NCBI GenBank assembly: GCA_965199825.1
Contig: OZ241329.1
Coordinates: 736,001 to 800,000 of the forward strand
Direction of reading: 5' to 3'
From: Bdellovibrionales bacterium
GTDB taxonomy: Bacteria; Bdellovibrionota; Bdellovibrionia; Bdellovibrionales; UBA1609
Length of the DNA stretch: 64,000 bases
Shown here: one piece after another, positions 38,005 to 47,846 of the stretch
How positions within the stretch are numbered: position 1 is the first letter of the stretch
How the letters are laid out: every line of letters begins with the position of its first letter
Notes under the pieces: generated by a model
What the model was told of the DNA's origin: nothing
Databases searched by the model: none
The model's input: the letters and a program-made list of their open reading frames with translations, nothing else
Made by a program: the position numbers and the translations under genes

Positions 38005-38118
38005 CGTTCAATTCGGCCAACATTTGAATTGGTATTGATTGTGCGGGGCAGTTGTCCCTTTCACGTCTCATTTCTCTTATTGTCTCCACTCTCACTTTAA
38101 GTTTTGTTAGATAAAATT

Positions 38119-39366
38119 ATGGCTCGATCGAAAAGTTTGAGTATGGCAACAAAACTTTATCTTATCGTTGGTGTTCTGGGCGCGCTGATCACTCTCGAAA
38201 TGTTTGCCCTCCAATTTTCATTAAACAAATTCGGAGTCGTTCGCCTTTTACTCGAAAATCAAACCGCACTCGTCGGCGAGATCTCATGGTTTGAGCGCGT
38301 TACAACTGCAATTGTTTTTCCAATCGTCCTGATTTTCACGGTGTTGGCGGTGATTTGTCATATGCATGTTGTGCGCAATCTTGTTTTTAGATTGAACACA
38401 TTGAGTCGGGCTGCCGAAATGTTGGGGCACGGCGATTTTTCTTATCGCATCAAAGGAGAAGTCGAAGACGAGATTGGGCAGTTCGCCTACTCGATCAATC
38501 GCATGGCCTCAACTCTTGAGCATTTTTATCGAGATCTTGAAGGTGTTGTCGCAGTGCGAACGAAGGAATTGACCGACCTCGCATTAGATAACGAAAACCT
38601 CTATAAAAAAACAAAAAAAGCCCTTAATGAGCGTGATGATTTTTTAAGCATCGCTTCTCACGAACTCAAAACCCCATTGACCGCATTGATCCTTCAACTG
38701 CAGATGGCCTTAAGAGCCGAAAATAAAAAACCCGATCAGGGTCAAAGTGCACTTGTCGAAAAGTCATTAACCCAAGCAAGCAAATTAGCCGACTTGATCG
38801 AACAATTGCTCGATTTGACGCGCATTCATTCGGGTCAATTTAGTTTACAAGTTGAACCTTCCGATTTTTCGGCGATTGTGCTCGAAGGTATCCAGCAATT
38901 TCAGATCGAGGCGCGTCGAATGGGAATCACCCTTTCGCTCACAGGCGACACCCAAATTTTGGGCAATTGGGATCCTTTAAGATTAACTCAAGTAATTTCG
39001 AATCTTTTAACTAACGCTCTCAAATACGGTGGGCAAAAACCAATCGAGATTCACGTGAGCCATCACTCAGGAAATGCCATCCTTCAGGTTCGCGATCACG
39101 GCGAGGGCATCGCAAAAGAAAGTTTGCCCACAATCTTTGACCGATTCGAAAGGGTTAAAAATCCGATCGCACGTCCAGGACTAGGGCTTGGTCTTTATAT
39201 CACGAAGCAAATTGTTGAAGCTCACGGTGGTTCAATCAAGGTCAAAAGCGAAGTGGGTGTCGGCACAACCTTTACGGTGAGTTTGCCTTTAAATAATTAT
39301 AATAAGAAAGCAGACGATCGTTTTTTGGAAACTTCACCAAGGCTTGCTCCTCCAGAAATGCTTTAG
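38119..39366 (+). CDS. Membrane sensor histidine kinase (HAMP-HisKA-HATPase)
   Basis: Two TMs, DEIGQ HAMP, ASHELKTPL, NLLTNALKY, DHGEGI, GLGLGL. Confidence 0.95.
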   Translation: MARSKSLSMATKLYLIVGVLGALITLEMFALQFSLNKFGVVRLLLENQTALVGEISWFERVTTAIVFPIVLIFTVLAVICHMHVVRNLVFRLNTLSRAAEMLGHGDFSYRIKGEVEDEIGQFAYSINRMASTLEHFYRDLEGVVAVRTKELTDLALDNENLYKKTKKALNERDDFLSIASHELKTPLTALILQLQMALRAENKKPDQGQSALVEKSLTQASKLADLIEQLLDLTRIHSGQFSLQVEPSDFSAIVLEGIQQFQIEARRMGITLSLTGDTQILGNWDPLRLTQVISNLLTNALKYGGQKPIEIHVSHHSGNAILQVRDHGEGIAKESLPTIFDRFERVKNPIARPGLGLGLYITKQIVEAHGGSIKVKSEVGVGTTFTVSLPLNNYNKKADDRFLETSPRLAPPEML

Positions 39367-40783
39367 CCTCACTCAGCTTATTTTGTTTGATCAAAATTCC
39401 GGCCAAATTTTCAAATGCTAGATAATAGTCACCGTTAGCAATACTCTTTTGATAACAGTCTTGGGCCTCGCTCAACTTATTTTCTCGCTCAAAGGTCGCA
39501 CCTAAATTATTCCAGTTTGTGGTCCAAATCGGCTTATACTCAATCGAAAGTTTAAAATGCTCTTGAGCTTCTTTGATGAGACCTCGTCGAAAAAGTTCAA
39601 CCCCTAAATTGTTCTGCAAAATATAGGATTCAGGATCAACCCTCACATCATGAGCATAAAGAGTAAAACCATCTTGCCAATCGAGTGAACGTGAATAGGA
39701 TCGAACTGCAAATGCGAACCCGCAAACCCAAACAAGTGGGATATATTGCTTTTTAAAATTACTAAATAAAAATCCCAAGAGTCCAACCATCGGAAAATAA
39801 AACCAGCGATCCGCCACTGTTCCATCAAGCGGAATTATGATTTGCGAGTGCAGCCCCAACCCGATCAACAGCCAAAATAAAAAAAACAGCGAAGATTGCT
39901 GTTTGTGTCTAAAATAAATAAACCCAAGGCTTGCCGCAATGAGTGCAATCAAAACAAAATATAAAAATGCGGTGGACACATCGTGGATTACCCAGTCTTG
40001 GGTGCCGGTAAGATGAAGTGGAAAAACAAAATCGGCAAAATAATGAAATATTGCTTTTGTGGAAGTCATCATTCTCCCAAAAATCGACACTTGCCCAATG
40101 GCCACAATTTTATCCGACGCATGAGTGAGGCCTGCTCCAAAAAAACGCAAAAATAAATATCCCAAAGCGACCCCAAATACAGACAACCGATATCCGCGAT
40201 GCCGACTATGGCAAAAATATCGATCCACTACCAGTGCCAAAAACAAAAATAATGCACCTGACTCTTTGCTTAACAATGAAAGCAGAATAAAAAAGGCACT
40301 CCAATAGAGCTGTCTTTTAAAGACAAAAATCAAACTCAATAATCCGAAAAACAAAAACAGTACGTCTTGGAGATCTGCAATATAAACCACAGCCTCGGTA
40401 TTCATCGGATGAACCAAAAATATGAGGGCCGCAAAAAATGCTGAGCTGATCGGAAGCAAAAAACAAAACATCAAATAAATGAGGTAGCTATTGACCGCAT
40501 GGAGCGTGATTTGAAAAAGATGAAACGGCACTGGACTATTTGGTGCGATTTGCCACAGAAGCGCATAGGCACTCATCATCAAAGGTTTAAAATAAATACC
40601 TCCCAGCTTATCGCTTCCCGCCCCATTCATTGTTGACATGGTAAAAAATTGGGGAATATTTTTGATGCTGTGGACCTTTTGATTCAATAAAATTTGTTCC
40701 TCATCGTCCATCACAAATTCATTGCTGACAGATCGGCCATAAATGACAAATGCCAAACTTAAAAACACAAAGAGAAATTTCAT
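39272..40783 (-). CDS. TMTC-like GT-C protein O-glycosyltransferase with C-terminal TPRs
   Basis: FVMDD, YFKPL, FHLFQITLHAVN, FLVHPMNTEAV, LLSKESG, ADRWFYFP, W.D..TL, then TPRs (NNLG, WNNLG, ENLA). Confidence 0.8.
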   Translation of the reverse strand: MKFLFVFLSLAFVIYGRSVSNEFVMDDEEQILLNQKVHSIKNIPQFFTMSTMNGAGSDKLGGIYFKPLMMSAYALLWQIAPNSPVPFHLFQITLHAVNSYLIYLMFCFLLPISSAFFAALIFLVHPMNTEAVVYIADLQDVLFLFFGLLSLIFVFKRQLYWSAFFILLSLLSKESGALFLFLALVVDRYFCHSRHRGYRLSVFGVALGYLFLRFFGAGLTHASDKIVAIGQVSIFGRMMTSTKAIFHYFADFVFPLHLTGTQDWVIHDVSTAFLYFVLIALIAASLGFIYFRHKQQSSLFFLFWLLIGLGLHSQIIIPLDGTVADRWFYFPMVGLLGFLFSNFKKQYIPLVWVCGFAFAVRSYSRSLDWQDGFTLYAHDVRVDPESYILQNNLGVELFRRGLIKEAQEHFKLSIEYKPIWTTNWNNLGATFERENKLSEAQDCYQKSIANGDYYLAFENLAGILIKQNKLSEAKAFLEEQALVKFPKNDRLLSYYNYLKANSP

Positions 40784-40831
40784 TTTGCCATCATATCTTG
40801 CCTGCAATAAAAGTTAAGTCTAGAAGCGGAT

Positions 40832-42610
40832 ATGGCTGTTTTAATTTCTGCTTTTAAAATCGAAAAAACTTTTGGCGCTCAAGTCTTGTTTGAGGATCTC
40901 ACTTTTTCTATCGAGAGTGATCATCGTGTTGGACTCATTGGACCCAATGGTGCTGGAAAGTCGACTCTTTTAAAGATTTTAAGTGGTCACCAAAAAGTGG
41001 ATGCAGGCTCCATCAGCAGGGCAAATCATTTGTGTTTAGGTTATTTGGAGCAAAATCCGGTTTTTGATCCAACAGACACCGTATTTACCGCGATCATTAG
41101 TGGAGCCGAAGATCCTTATGATAGCGAAACCTTGAGCTTCGCAAGCGAACTCGTTTCGAGATTAAATCTTGAATCCACCGAGGCTGGGAGTGACCGGTTG
41201 GTCAGTGAGCTTTCGGGTGGCTGGAAAAAGCGGGTGGCACTTGCGCGCGAACTTGCCAAGCGACCAAATCTTTTGATGCTTGATGAACCGACCAACCATT
41301 TGGATCTTGAAAGTATCGAGTGGCTCGAAGATTTTTTAAATGAACAACCGCAACTTGCGGTTTTGACCGTGACCCATGATCGACTCTTTTTGCAAAACAC
41401 CTGTAACACCATTTTTGATTTAGATCGTCGCAATCCCGATGGGCTTATCAAGTTCTCCGGGTCCTATGCCGACTTTACCGATTTTAAAGAAGCCAATATT
41501 ACCGCGCTTAAAAATTTGGAATTGAGTCGTAAAAATCTTTTGCGTCGAGAAACCGAGTGGCTTCGCCGTGGGGCCAAAGCCCGACAGACTAAACAAAAAT
41601 CGAGAATAGAGCGAGCTGGAGATTTAAAAGACCAGGTCGATCAATTAAAAAATCAAAATCTAGATCGCCGCATCGATATGAACTTTGGTGAAATTGATCG
41701 CAGTCCAAAAAAATTAATCGAAGCCAAAAATATCACCAAGCGATTTCATGATCGTACGTTGTTTGAGGATTTTTCTTTTTTGCTTGGACCAAAAACACGC
41801 CTTGGAATTTTGGGTAAAAACGGATGTGGCAAATCCACTTTAATTCGGATTTTATTGGGCCTTGAGCAACCGGATGAAGGCACTGTCACCCAATCTGACC
41901 AAGTGAAGTTTGCGTATTTTACTCAGCAAAAGGATGCTCTTGATCCAAAGTTGTCTTTACTCAAGTCGATTTGTCCTGAAGGAGATTATGTTCATCTTCA
42001 GGGACAGGCGATTTTTGCCCGATCTTACTTAGCCCGATTTCATTTTCGCAAAGATCAGATGGATATGCCCGTCGGCAAACTCTCAGGTGGCGAGCAAAGT
42101 CGAATTTTGATTGCCCAACTGATGCTTCAAACTGAGCCGGTTTTAATCCTTGATGAGCCCACCAATGATTTGGACATTGCCACACTTGATGTGCTTGAAG
42201 ACGCTTTGCGCACCTTTCCGGGCGCAGTCATCTTGGTCACCCATGATCGCTATTTTATGGATCAAGTGGCCAATCAAATATTGGCATTTAACGACGAAGG
42301 TGAAATTTTAAAATTTGCAGATTATTTCCAATGGGAATCTTACTCGCAGCAAAAAAAACTGGAGCCCGCACCCAAATCGCAAAATAAAAAAGCGAACACC
42401 CAAAAGCCAAAGACGGGCTACAAAGAGCAACGTGAACTCGATCAAATGTCACACACGATTGAGCTTGAGGAGCAGCATCTTACAGATCTCCAGGCCCTGC
42501 TTGAAAATTCAAAAAATATTGCAGAGCTTGGTCAAGCCATCGCCGATCAACAAAAAAAGATCGAAATACTTTATAAACGTTGGGACGAGTTGGAACAAAA
42601 ACCACTTTGA
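40832..42610 (+). CDS. ABC-F family ATPase (Uup-like)
   Basis: Two ABC domains (GPNGAGKST/LSGGW/LDEPTNHLD; GKNGCGKST/LSGGE/DEPTNDLD), WLRRGAKAR linker, C-terminal coiled coil. Confidence 0.93.
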   Translation: MAVLISAFKIEKTFGAQVLFEDLTFSIESDHRVGLIGPNGAGKSTLLKILSGHQKVDAGSISRANHLCLGYLEQNPVFDPTDTVFTAIISGAEDPYDSETLSFASELVSRLNLESTEAGSDRLVSELSGGWKKRVALARELAKRPNLLMLDEPTNHLDLESIEWLEDFLNEQPQLAVLTVTHDRLFLQNTCNTIFDLDRRNPDGLIKFSGSYADFTDFKEANITALKNLELSRKNLLRRETEWLRRGAKARQTKQKSRIERAGDLKDQVDQLKNQNLDRRIDMNFGEIDRSPKKLIEAKNITKRFHDRTLFEDFSFLLGPKTRLGILGKNGCGKSTLIRILLGLEQPDEGTVTQSDQVKFAYFTQQKDALDPKLSLLKSICPEGDYVHLQGQAIFARSYLARFHFRKDQMDMPVGKLSGGEQSRILIAQLMLQTEPVLILDEPTNDLDIATLDVLEDALRTFPGAVILVTHDRYFMDQVANQILAFNDEGEILKFADYFQWESYSQQKKLEPAPKSQNKKANTQKPKTGYKEQRELDQMSHTIELEEQHLTDLQALLENSKNIAELGQAIADQQKKIEILYKRWDELEQKPL

Positions 42611-43779
42611 CGCCAGAGCGCTTACGCTTTCAATTGGGTGTGATTTGTCTGTTGGCTTTTGCCGGTGTGTTGTTTCTGTGGCAAATCGAAACACCCATCA
42701 AACCCAACTATGACGAAGCTCACTATGTGCCCGCATCACGCGCGCTGTTAGCGGGTCGATTTGCCAACCGAGAGCATCCTCCACTGGCCAAATATTTTAT
42801 TGCGGCTTCGATTTATTTTATCGGTGATCACCAATTGGGATGGCGTCTGCCCAGTGTGATTTTTGGCATGATCAGCCTAGGTGCGGTGATTGGTCTTTGC
42901 CAGGTGGTGTTCCAATCTTATTTTTGGAGCCTGTGGTGCGGGCTGATCACACTGTTTAACTTTGTTCTTTTTGTTCAGGCGCGAATTGCGATGCTCGACA
43001 CTCCCTTTGCCGCATTTTTGATGCTGGGATTTTTATTTTTGGCCAAAGATTATTTTGAGGATAACAAAAATGCTTCTTATTGGGCTGCACTTTTTTTTGG
43101 TTTAGCCTTAGGCACAAAGTGGGCGGGGCTTCCCACAATAGGTCTTAGTTTTTGGTGGCTCAGGCACAATAGAATAAAAAGCGCACTGCTGCTGGTCGCG
43201 ATTTATTTTTCAACATTTATCCCTGTTATGTTTTTGGCCGATGGCACAACCCATATTTTTGCTCTTCAAAAAGAAATGCTCGATCTGCACTTGGGATTAA
43301 AAGCAGGACACAATTACAATAGCCATTGGTGGCAGTGGCCATTGCTCTTTAGGCCAATGTGGTATGCTTTTGATCAAGAACTCGGGTGGGTGCGCGGAGT
43401 TTTTTTGGTGGGCAATCCACTTCTATTTGTGAGTGGTTTTTTGGCTGCTGTGTTTTTGGTTTTTCAATATATTTTTAAATCAAAAATCCGGCACACCTTT
43501 GTTTTGTCGCTTTATATCTTTAGTTTTTTACCGTGGGTGGCGTTTCCGAGATCGACCTCGTTTTTTTACTATTACTATCCGGCCGCGCTTTTATTAGGCC
43601 CCCTGCTTGTGGCGTGCTTTAAGAATCTTGAAAGTCGAAAGCTCAACATCAAGCTGTGGGCCCTTGTCTACTTGATGGTCTGCCTCTCGCTTTTTGTTGA
43701 TTTTTATCCGATTCTTGCTGGGGTTCCCCTTCCGCAAGGGACCTTTCAACGTTGGGTTTGGTTTAAGAGCTGGCTATAG
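42607..43779 (+). CDS. PMT-family (GT-C) protein O-mannosyltransferase-like protein
   Basis: YDEAHY, EHPPLAK, GWR, RIAMLD, GTKW, HNYNSHWWQWP, GNP, FFYYYYP; TTG start overlaps the ABC-F stop. Confidence 0.85.
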   Translation: MTPERLRFQLGVICLLAFAGVLFLWQIETPIKPNYDEAHYVPASRALLAGRFANREHPPLAKYFIAASIYFIGDHQLGWRLPSVIFGMISLGAVIGLCQVVFQSYFWSLWCGLITLFNFVLFVQARIAMLDTPFAAFLMLGFLFLAKDYFEDNKNASYWAALFFGLALGTKWAGLPTIGLSFWWLRHNRIKSALLLVAIYFSTFIPVMFLADGTTHIFALQKEMLDLHLGLKAGHNYNSHWWQWPLLFRPMWYAFDQELGWVRGVFLVGNPLLFVSGFLAAVFLVFQYIFKSKIRHTFVLSLYIFSFLPWVAFPRSTSFFYYYYPAALLLGPLLVACFKNLESRKLNIKLWALVYLMVCLSLFVDFYPILAGVPLPQGTFQRWVWFKSWL

Positions 43780-44555
43780 CTCCACGAAGGTAAACTAAAT
43801 TTATATTCTAAAAATTCAACCTCTGTGGAGATCAAACAAGGGCCCTTGGCTTTGATGGTCGAACCATAGAGCACGTCCCCTATCAAAGGATTTTTCTCAT
43901 ATGCTAGTTGCGCACGAATCTGATGAGTGCGTCCCGTATGAAGCTGAATTTTGAGTTCGTAACAATTGGGATCATAGGCCCGGCTCTCCAAAACCGAAAG
44001 ATGGCATTTCAATGTTCCTGAATCCGAAATGATCTTGGGCTGGAATCGGCTCTGCTCCATCATATGATGAAGCTCCCCAGTAAAAGAATTTTGAACTAAG
44101 GCATGATAGATCTTTTTGATTTCACGATTCATCAAAACCTGATTAAACTTTTTTTGAAACTGCGACGTGCGTGCAATCAGCATCAAACCTGAAGTGGAAA
44201 TGTCCAGCCGCTGAGTAATAAACAATTTTTGATTCAAATCTTTTTCGAGCACACTCAAAACATTTTCGTGAATATTATCGAGCGTGGGATGCACAGGAAC
44301 AAATGCGGGCTTATTGACGATCACAAATTCGTCATTCAAAAACACAATGGCATGTTTAAGGTTTGAGATTTCATAGCGACGAGGTGTGGTGTGAAGCCGC
44401 ACAAGGTCGCCTTCATTTAATAAGCGATCTTTCAGTTCGCGCTTTTGATTGATGTAGACGCTCCCAAGTTCGAGCAGCTCTCTCTGATTGCGAGTGATCA
44501 AAAATTCGCTCAACCAGATAGGCTGTTCCATTTTAAAAAATTCAGCCTTGGGCAT
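43746..44555 (-). CDS. RluA-family pseudouridine synthase
   Basis: VNKP, QRLDISTSG, KIYHAL, TGRTHQIRAQL, PLIGDVLYG. Confidence 0.92.
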   Translation of the reverse strand: MPKAEFFKMEQPIWLSEFLITRNQRELLELGSVYINQKRELKDRLLNEGDLVRLHTTPRRYEISNLKHAIVFLNDEFVIVNKPAFVPVHPTLDNIHENVLSVLEKDLNQKLFITQRLDISTSGLMLIARTSQFQKKFNQVLMNREIKKIYHALVQNSFTGELHHMMEQSRFQPKIISDSGTLKCHLSVLESRAYDPNCYELKIQLHTGRTHQIRAQLAYEKNPLIGDVLYGSTIKAKGPCLISTEVEFLEYKFSLPSWSYSQLLNQTQR

Positions 44556-45462
44556 GGCGACGGACCGAAAACAGCATCGATACTCCAAGAATGCCCAAGA
44601 TAATTGCCAAGGACCATTCGATTGAAAGCTCAAAGGGCAATACTGCCATCTTCATACCAATAAAAATCAACACCACACCAAGCCCATACTTAAGATAATG
44701 AAATCGATCCATTATTTTGGTTAAAACAAAATACATCGATCTTAAGCTCATGATGGCAAAAATATTTGAGGTAAAAACAATCAAGGGTTCTTTTGTCAGT
44801 CCGAAGATAGCCGGGACCGAATCTAGCGCAAAAACTACATCCGATATTTCAACCAACAATAAACACAAAAACAAATTGGTAAATAAAAGTTTAGTATTTT
44901 CACGAACAAAAAAGGTTGGAGCTTTTGAAGAACTTAAAGGGAGCAATTTTCTTAAAGTCCGCATTGCAAAACCATCATTCAAATCTTGGTCTTGATTTTC
45001 TTTGATCACTAAAATTTTAAATCCGGTGTAGATCAAAAATGCACCAAACACCTTCATCACTAGTGAAAAGTGGATTAGGTAAGATCCCAATCCGATAAAA
45101 AGCCCGCGAAATAATATTGCACCAAAGATTCCGTAATTTAAAATGCGCGACTGGATCTGCTTTTCGATATTGAAAAACTTAAAAATCACAATAAATACAA
45201 AAAGGTTATCGATCGATAAAACCTGCTCCATCACGTAGCCACCAAAAAACTCGAGTGCTAATTTTTTAGCTTGAATCGCATCGACAGCTCGAGAGGTATA
45301 AAAATAAAGACCGAGATCAAATACAACTGCCAAAAAAAGATTTAAAGCCACCGATGTCACCGCTTTTTTAGGTGGGCTTTTGATTTCGAAAATTAAAAAC
45401 GCAACAACCGCTAAAGAAAAAAGTGGGTAAAACCACCAGATATTTTCAAATGGAAAAATCAT
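44542..45462 (-). CDS. TerC/Alx family membrane protein
   Basis: LSIDNLFVF, YGIFGAILFR, DVVFALDSVPA, TSNIFAI..LR. Confidence 0.93.
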   Translation of the reverse strand: MIFPFENIWWFYPLFSLAVVAFLIFEIKSPPKKAVTSVALNLFLAVVFDLGLYFYTSRAVDAIQAKKLALEFFGGYVMEQVLSIDNLFVFIVIFKFFNIEKQIQSRILNYGIFGAILFRGLFIGLGSYLIHFSLVMKVFGAFLIYTGFKILVIKENQDQDLNDGFAMRTLRKLLPLSSSKAPTFFVRENTKLLFTNLFLCLLLVEISDVVFALDSVPAIFGLTKEPLIVFTSNIFAIMSLRSMYFVLTKIMDRFHYLKYGLGVVLIFIGMKMAVLPFELSIEWSLAIILGILGVSMLFSVRRHAQG

Positions 45463-46013
45463 TAAGCACACACTTCCTTTAACACTCGAATGTAGAGTCT
45501 TTGTTCTACCTCTGCAGTTTTGTTCCGTAGACTCTCAAGGTTCTCGTTCGCACTCAGCGCAAAGCTTTCCTGGGCATAGATGGGCCCCTCGTCAAAATTT
45601 TCGTTCACCCAATGAACGGTCGCCCCCGAGTGCGATTGTTTTGAATTCAAAATTGCATTCAAAACATGATGGCCATACATGCCGTGCCCACCAAATTTAG
45701 GTAATAAGCTCGGATGAATATTCAAAATCTGCTTTGGGTATTTTTGCACCAATCCGTCAGAGAGTTTTTTTAAGTAACCCGCCAACACAATAAAATCGGG
45801 TTTGAATTTATCGATCGCAATCTCAACAGATTTTGGATTTAGAATCACTTGGTGCTCAATATTTAACCTTCGTGCACGCTCGATCGCAAATGCCCGCGAG
45901 GTACTTGCGATCAATTGAATCACCTGGGCGTTGATTTCACCACTTTGGCAAGCGCTCACGATGTTTTCAAAATTGCTTCCAGAGCCCGAAGCCAAAACGA
46001 CCAACCTCTTCAT
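45462..46013 (-). CDS. purN: Phosphoribosylglycinamide formyltransferase
   Basis: ASGSGSN, LAGY, NIHPSLLP, SGATVH...D.GPI. Confidence 0.93.
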   Translation of the reverse strand: MKRLVVLASGSGSNFENIVSACQSGEINAQVIQLIASTSRAFAIERARRLNIEHQVILNPKSVEIAIDKFKPDFIVLAGYLKKLSDGLVQKYPKQILNIHPSLLPKFGGHGMYGHHVLNAILNSKQSHSGATVHWVNENFDEGPIYAQESFALSANENLESLRNKTAEVEQRLYIRVLKEVCA

Positions 46014-46103
46014 CGCCGAATCTTAGTTCGGAAAGTTTTACCGGAGCAATGACAATTTCCGGCACAATCACATCTTTGCATCCAGCCTTAATCCAGCTAA
46101 GCT

Positions 46104-46119
46104 TGGCACTTGCGTTGCT
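46104..46119 (+). promoter_or_regulatory. Putative sigma54 -24/-12 promoter
   Basis: TGGCAC-TTGCG-TTGCT, a near-consensus match; AGGAG RBS at 46136-46140. Confidence 0.65.
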
Positions 46120-46146
46120 CAATATGTTTCTTTCTAGGAGTGATTT

Positions 46147-47094
46147 ATGCGCACAGGATTGTTGCTGATCTTATTATCGGTTGTCGGTTGTGGACAAAAC
46201 GCCTCTGAGCATTTGAAAATTGCTCGGCCCCAAGCAAACTCGCGTCAGCAAATGGCCGTGAGCAAAGAACCACTTGTGGGATCTTTATTTATTATGGGCA
46301 CGAGCGGTCGATATTGTTTGAATATGGCGGCAGTTACAGACTCACTCAAAAAAAAGGGTGATGACCTTGTTCGCCTCAACCTCAAAAATTTCAAAATATT
46401 GAATGCGAGTAACGAACCAATTATCGATAAGCACTCAAACCAACTGTTTTTTAAACAACGTGGTCAGCTGATTCTTGATCAGGCAAAAGCGAGCACAATC
46501 GATCAGCCCGAAAATGCCAATTTCCGAAACTTTTTAAGCTTTCATCAAATTGATTGTTCAAAAGCAACTTTAGATCTTGGCGAGCAAATCCGCGAATTTG
46601 ATATTGACCAGGCCCCACTTCAAACAGCTGCGGTCGTTGGAAATCGTAATCAACAATCTGGATTTAAATTGCCTCAAACCACTCAAGGGTCGATTCGTTT
46701 GTTTGACCGCAAAAACCGCGAAGAGTGGACCTTTACTCTTAAAAATTCATTTCTTGAACTTCAAGTGACAGAAAGTCCGAGCACAATTGAAGATCGCTTG
46801 GCTCATTGTCCTCCCACAGTGACCGCTAAAATTCAAAAAACCTATCGCTTTGATTGGGGCAGAGCGCAGTCTCAAGATCTTAAAATCGGCGCGTCTCTAA
46901 CTCAAAGGCTCATCGATCTTGGTGGAACTGAAACTGTCTGGTCACAAGCCTATGTTCAAAAAACAAAAAAAACCGGAACCCTATCGCAAGCTGCAAGTGA
47001 CAACCAAATCAGCGAAACTCTCTACAAAACTTACACAGAAAATTTGGAAAAGTTTGAAGTTCCAAGCTGCGAACCCGAAGCCGCAACAAAATAG
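46147..47094 (+). CDS. Hypothetical lipoprotein
   Basis: Lipobox VVGC, strong RBS, 315-aa ORF. Confidence 0.75.
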   Translation: MRTGLLLILLSVVGCGQNASEHLKIARPQANSRQQMAVSKEPLVGSLFIMGTSGRYCLNMAAVTDSLKKKGDDLVRLNLKNFKILNASNEPIIDKHSNQLFFKQRGQLILDQAKASTIDQPENANFRNFLSFHQIDCSKATLDLGEQIREFDIDQAPLQTAAVVGNRNQQSGFKLPQTTQGSIRLFDRKNREEWTFTLKNSFLELQVTESPSTIEDRLAHCPPTVTAKIQKTYRFDWGRAQSQDLKIGASLTQRLIDLGGTETVWSQAYVQKTKKTGTLSQAASDNQISETLYKTYTENLEKFEVPSCEPEAATK

Positions 47095-47141
47095 ACCGAT
47101 CGTCTTGTGCTTCAGTCCGGCATCAGCTAAGTAACGCCACT

Positions 47142-47846
47142 ATGCTTATTTTGTTTATGATGCTGCAGCTTTCGTTTGGCTGCTCTATTCTGTCTTTTCC
47201 ATCACGGTCGCCTTACGATCAAATTCTCTTCTCTGCCGAACGCTCAGAGTTGGCGCCATTACTCAACGCCGATCAAGCGACCACCAAAAAATTTGTGTTT
47301 TTTTTAGAAGAACTCTACAAACACAGCAAAGATCCCGATCAGTTTTTGAGAAACTTAAAAAGAATTAGCTTTTCATTGGAATCAAACACTCTCCCCGCGA
47401 TTCATAACGATGGGCATATTATTTTGCCAAAAATTCTAAAGCATAATCCATTGGCTCTGGCCGAAGCCTACCGCACTGTTTTTTTAATAGAAAATGGCGA
47501 CCTCGCAACTTCAACCTTTAGGGCTCAATCTCGTTTGGAAATTGCCTTAAACAGCTACGCCGCAGTTTATGAATTTGTTCGCGAGGTCTACAGCAACGAA
47601 GACTTTCAATTTATCGATAAAAATTTAAGCGGCCCCACTTATCAGGTGGATCTCTATCAGGGTTATTCTCAAAAACCGTTCTTTTTAGATCAACCAACCT
47701 ATGCCTCAACCATCGCCGAGGATTTTGAAACCAAAAAACAAATTAAACAGACCAGAACAAATTTAGCTTTAGGTTTCGGAGTATTAGGCTACGGTATAGC
47801 TACTGCCGGTGGAATCGGCTATCTCGTCTACTATCTTACACATTAG
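47142..47846 (+). CDS. Hypothetical exported protein with a C-terminal membrane anchor
   Basis: Short hydrophobic N-terminus and a C-terminal Gly-rich TM segment. Confidence 0.65.
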   Translation: MLILFMMLQLSFGCSILSFPSRSPYDQILFSAERSELAPLLNADQATTKKFVFFLEELYKHSKDPDQFLRNLKRISFSLESNTLPAIHNDGHIILPKILKHNPLALAEAYRTVFLIENGDLATSTFRAQSRLEIALNSYAAVYEFVREVYSNEDFQFIDKNLSGPTYQVDLYQGYSQKPFFLDQPTYASTIAEDFETKKQIKQTRTNLALGFGVLGYGIATAGGIGYLVYYLTH

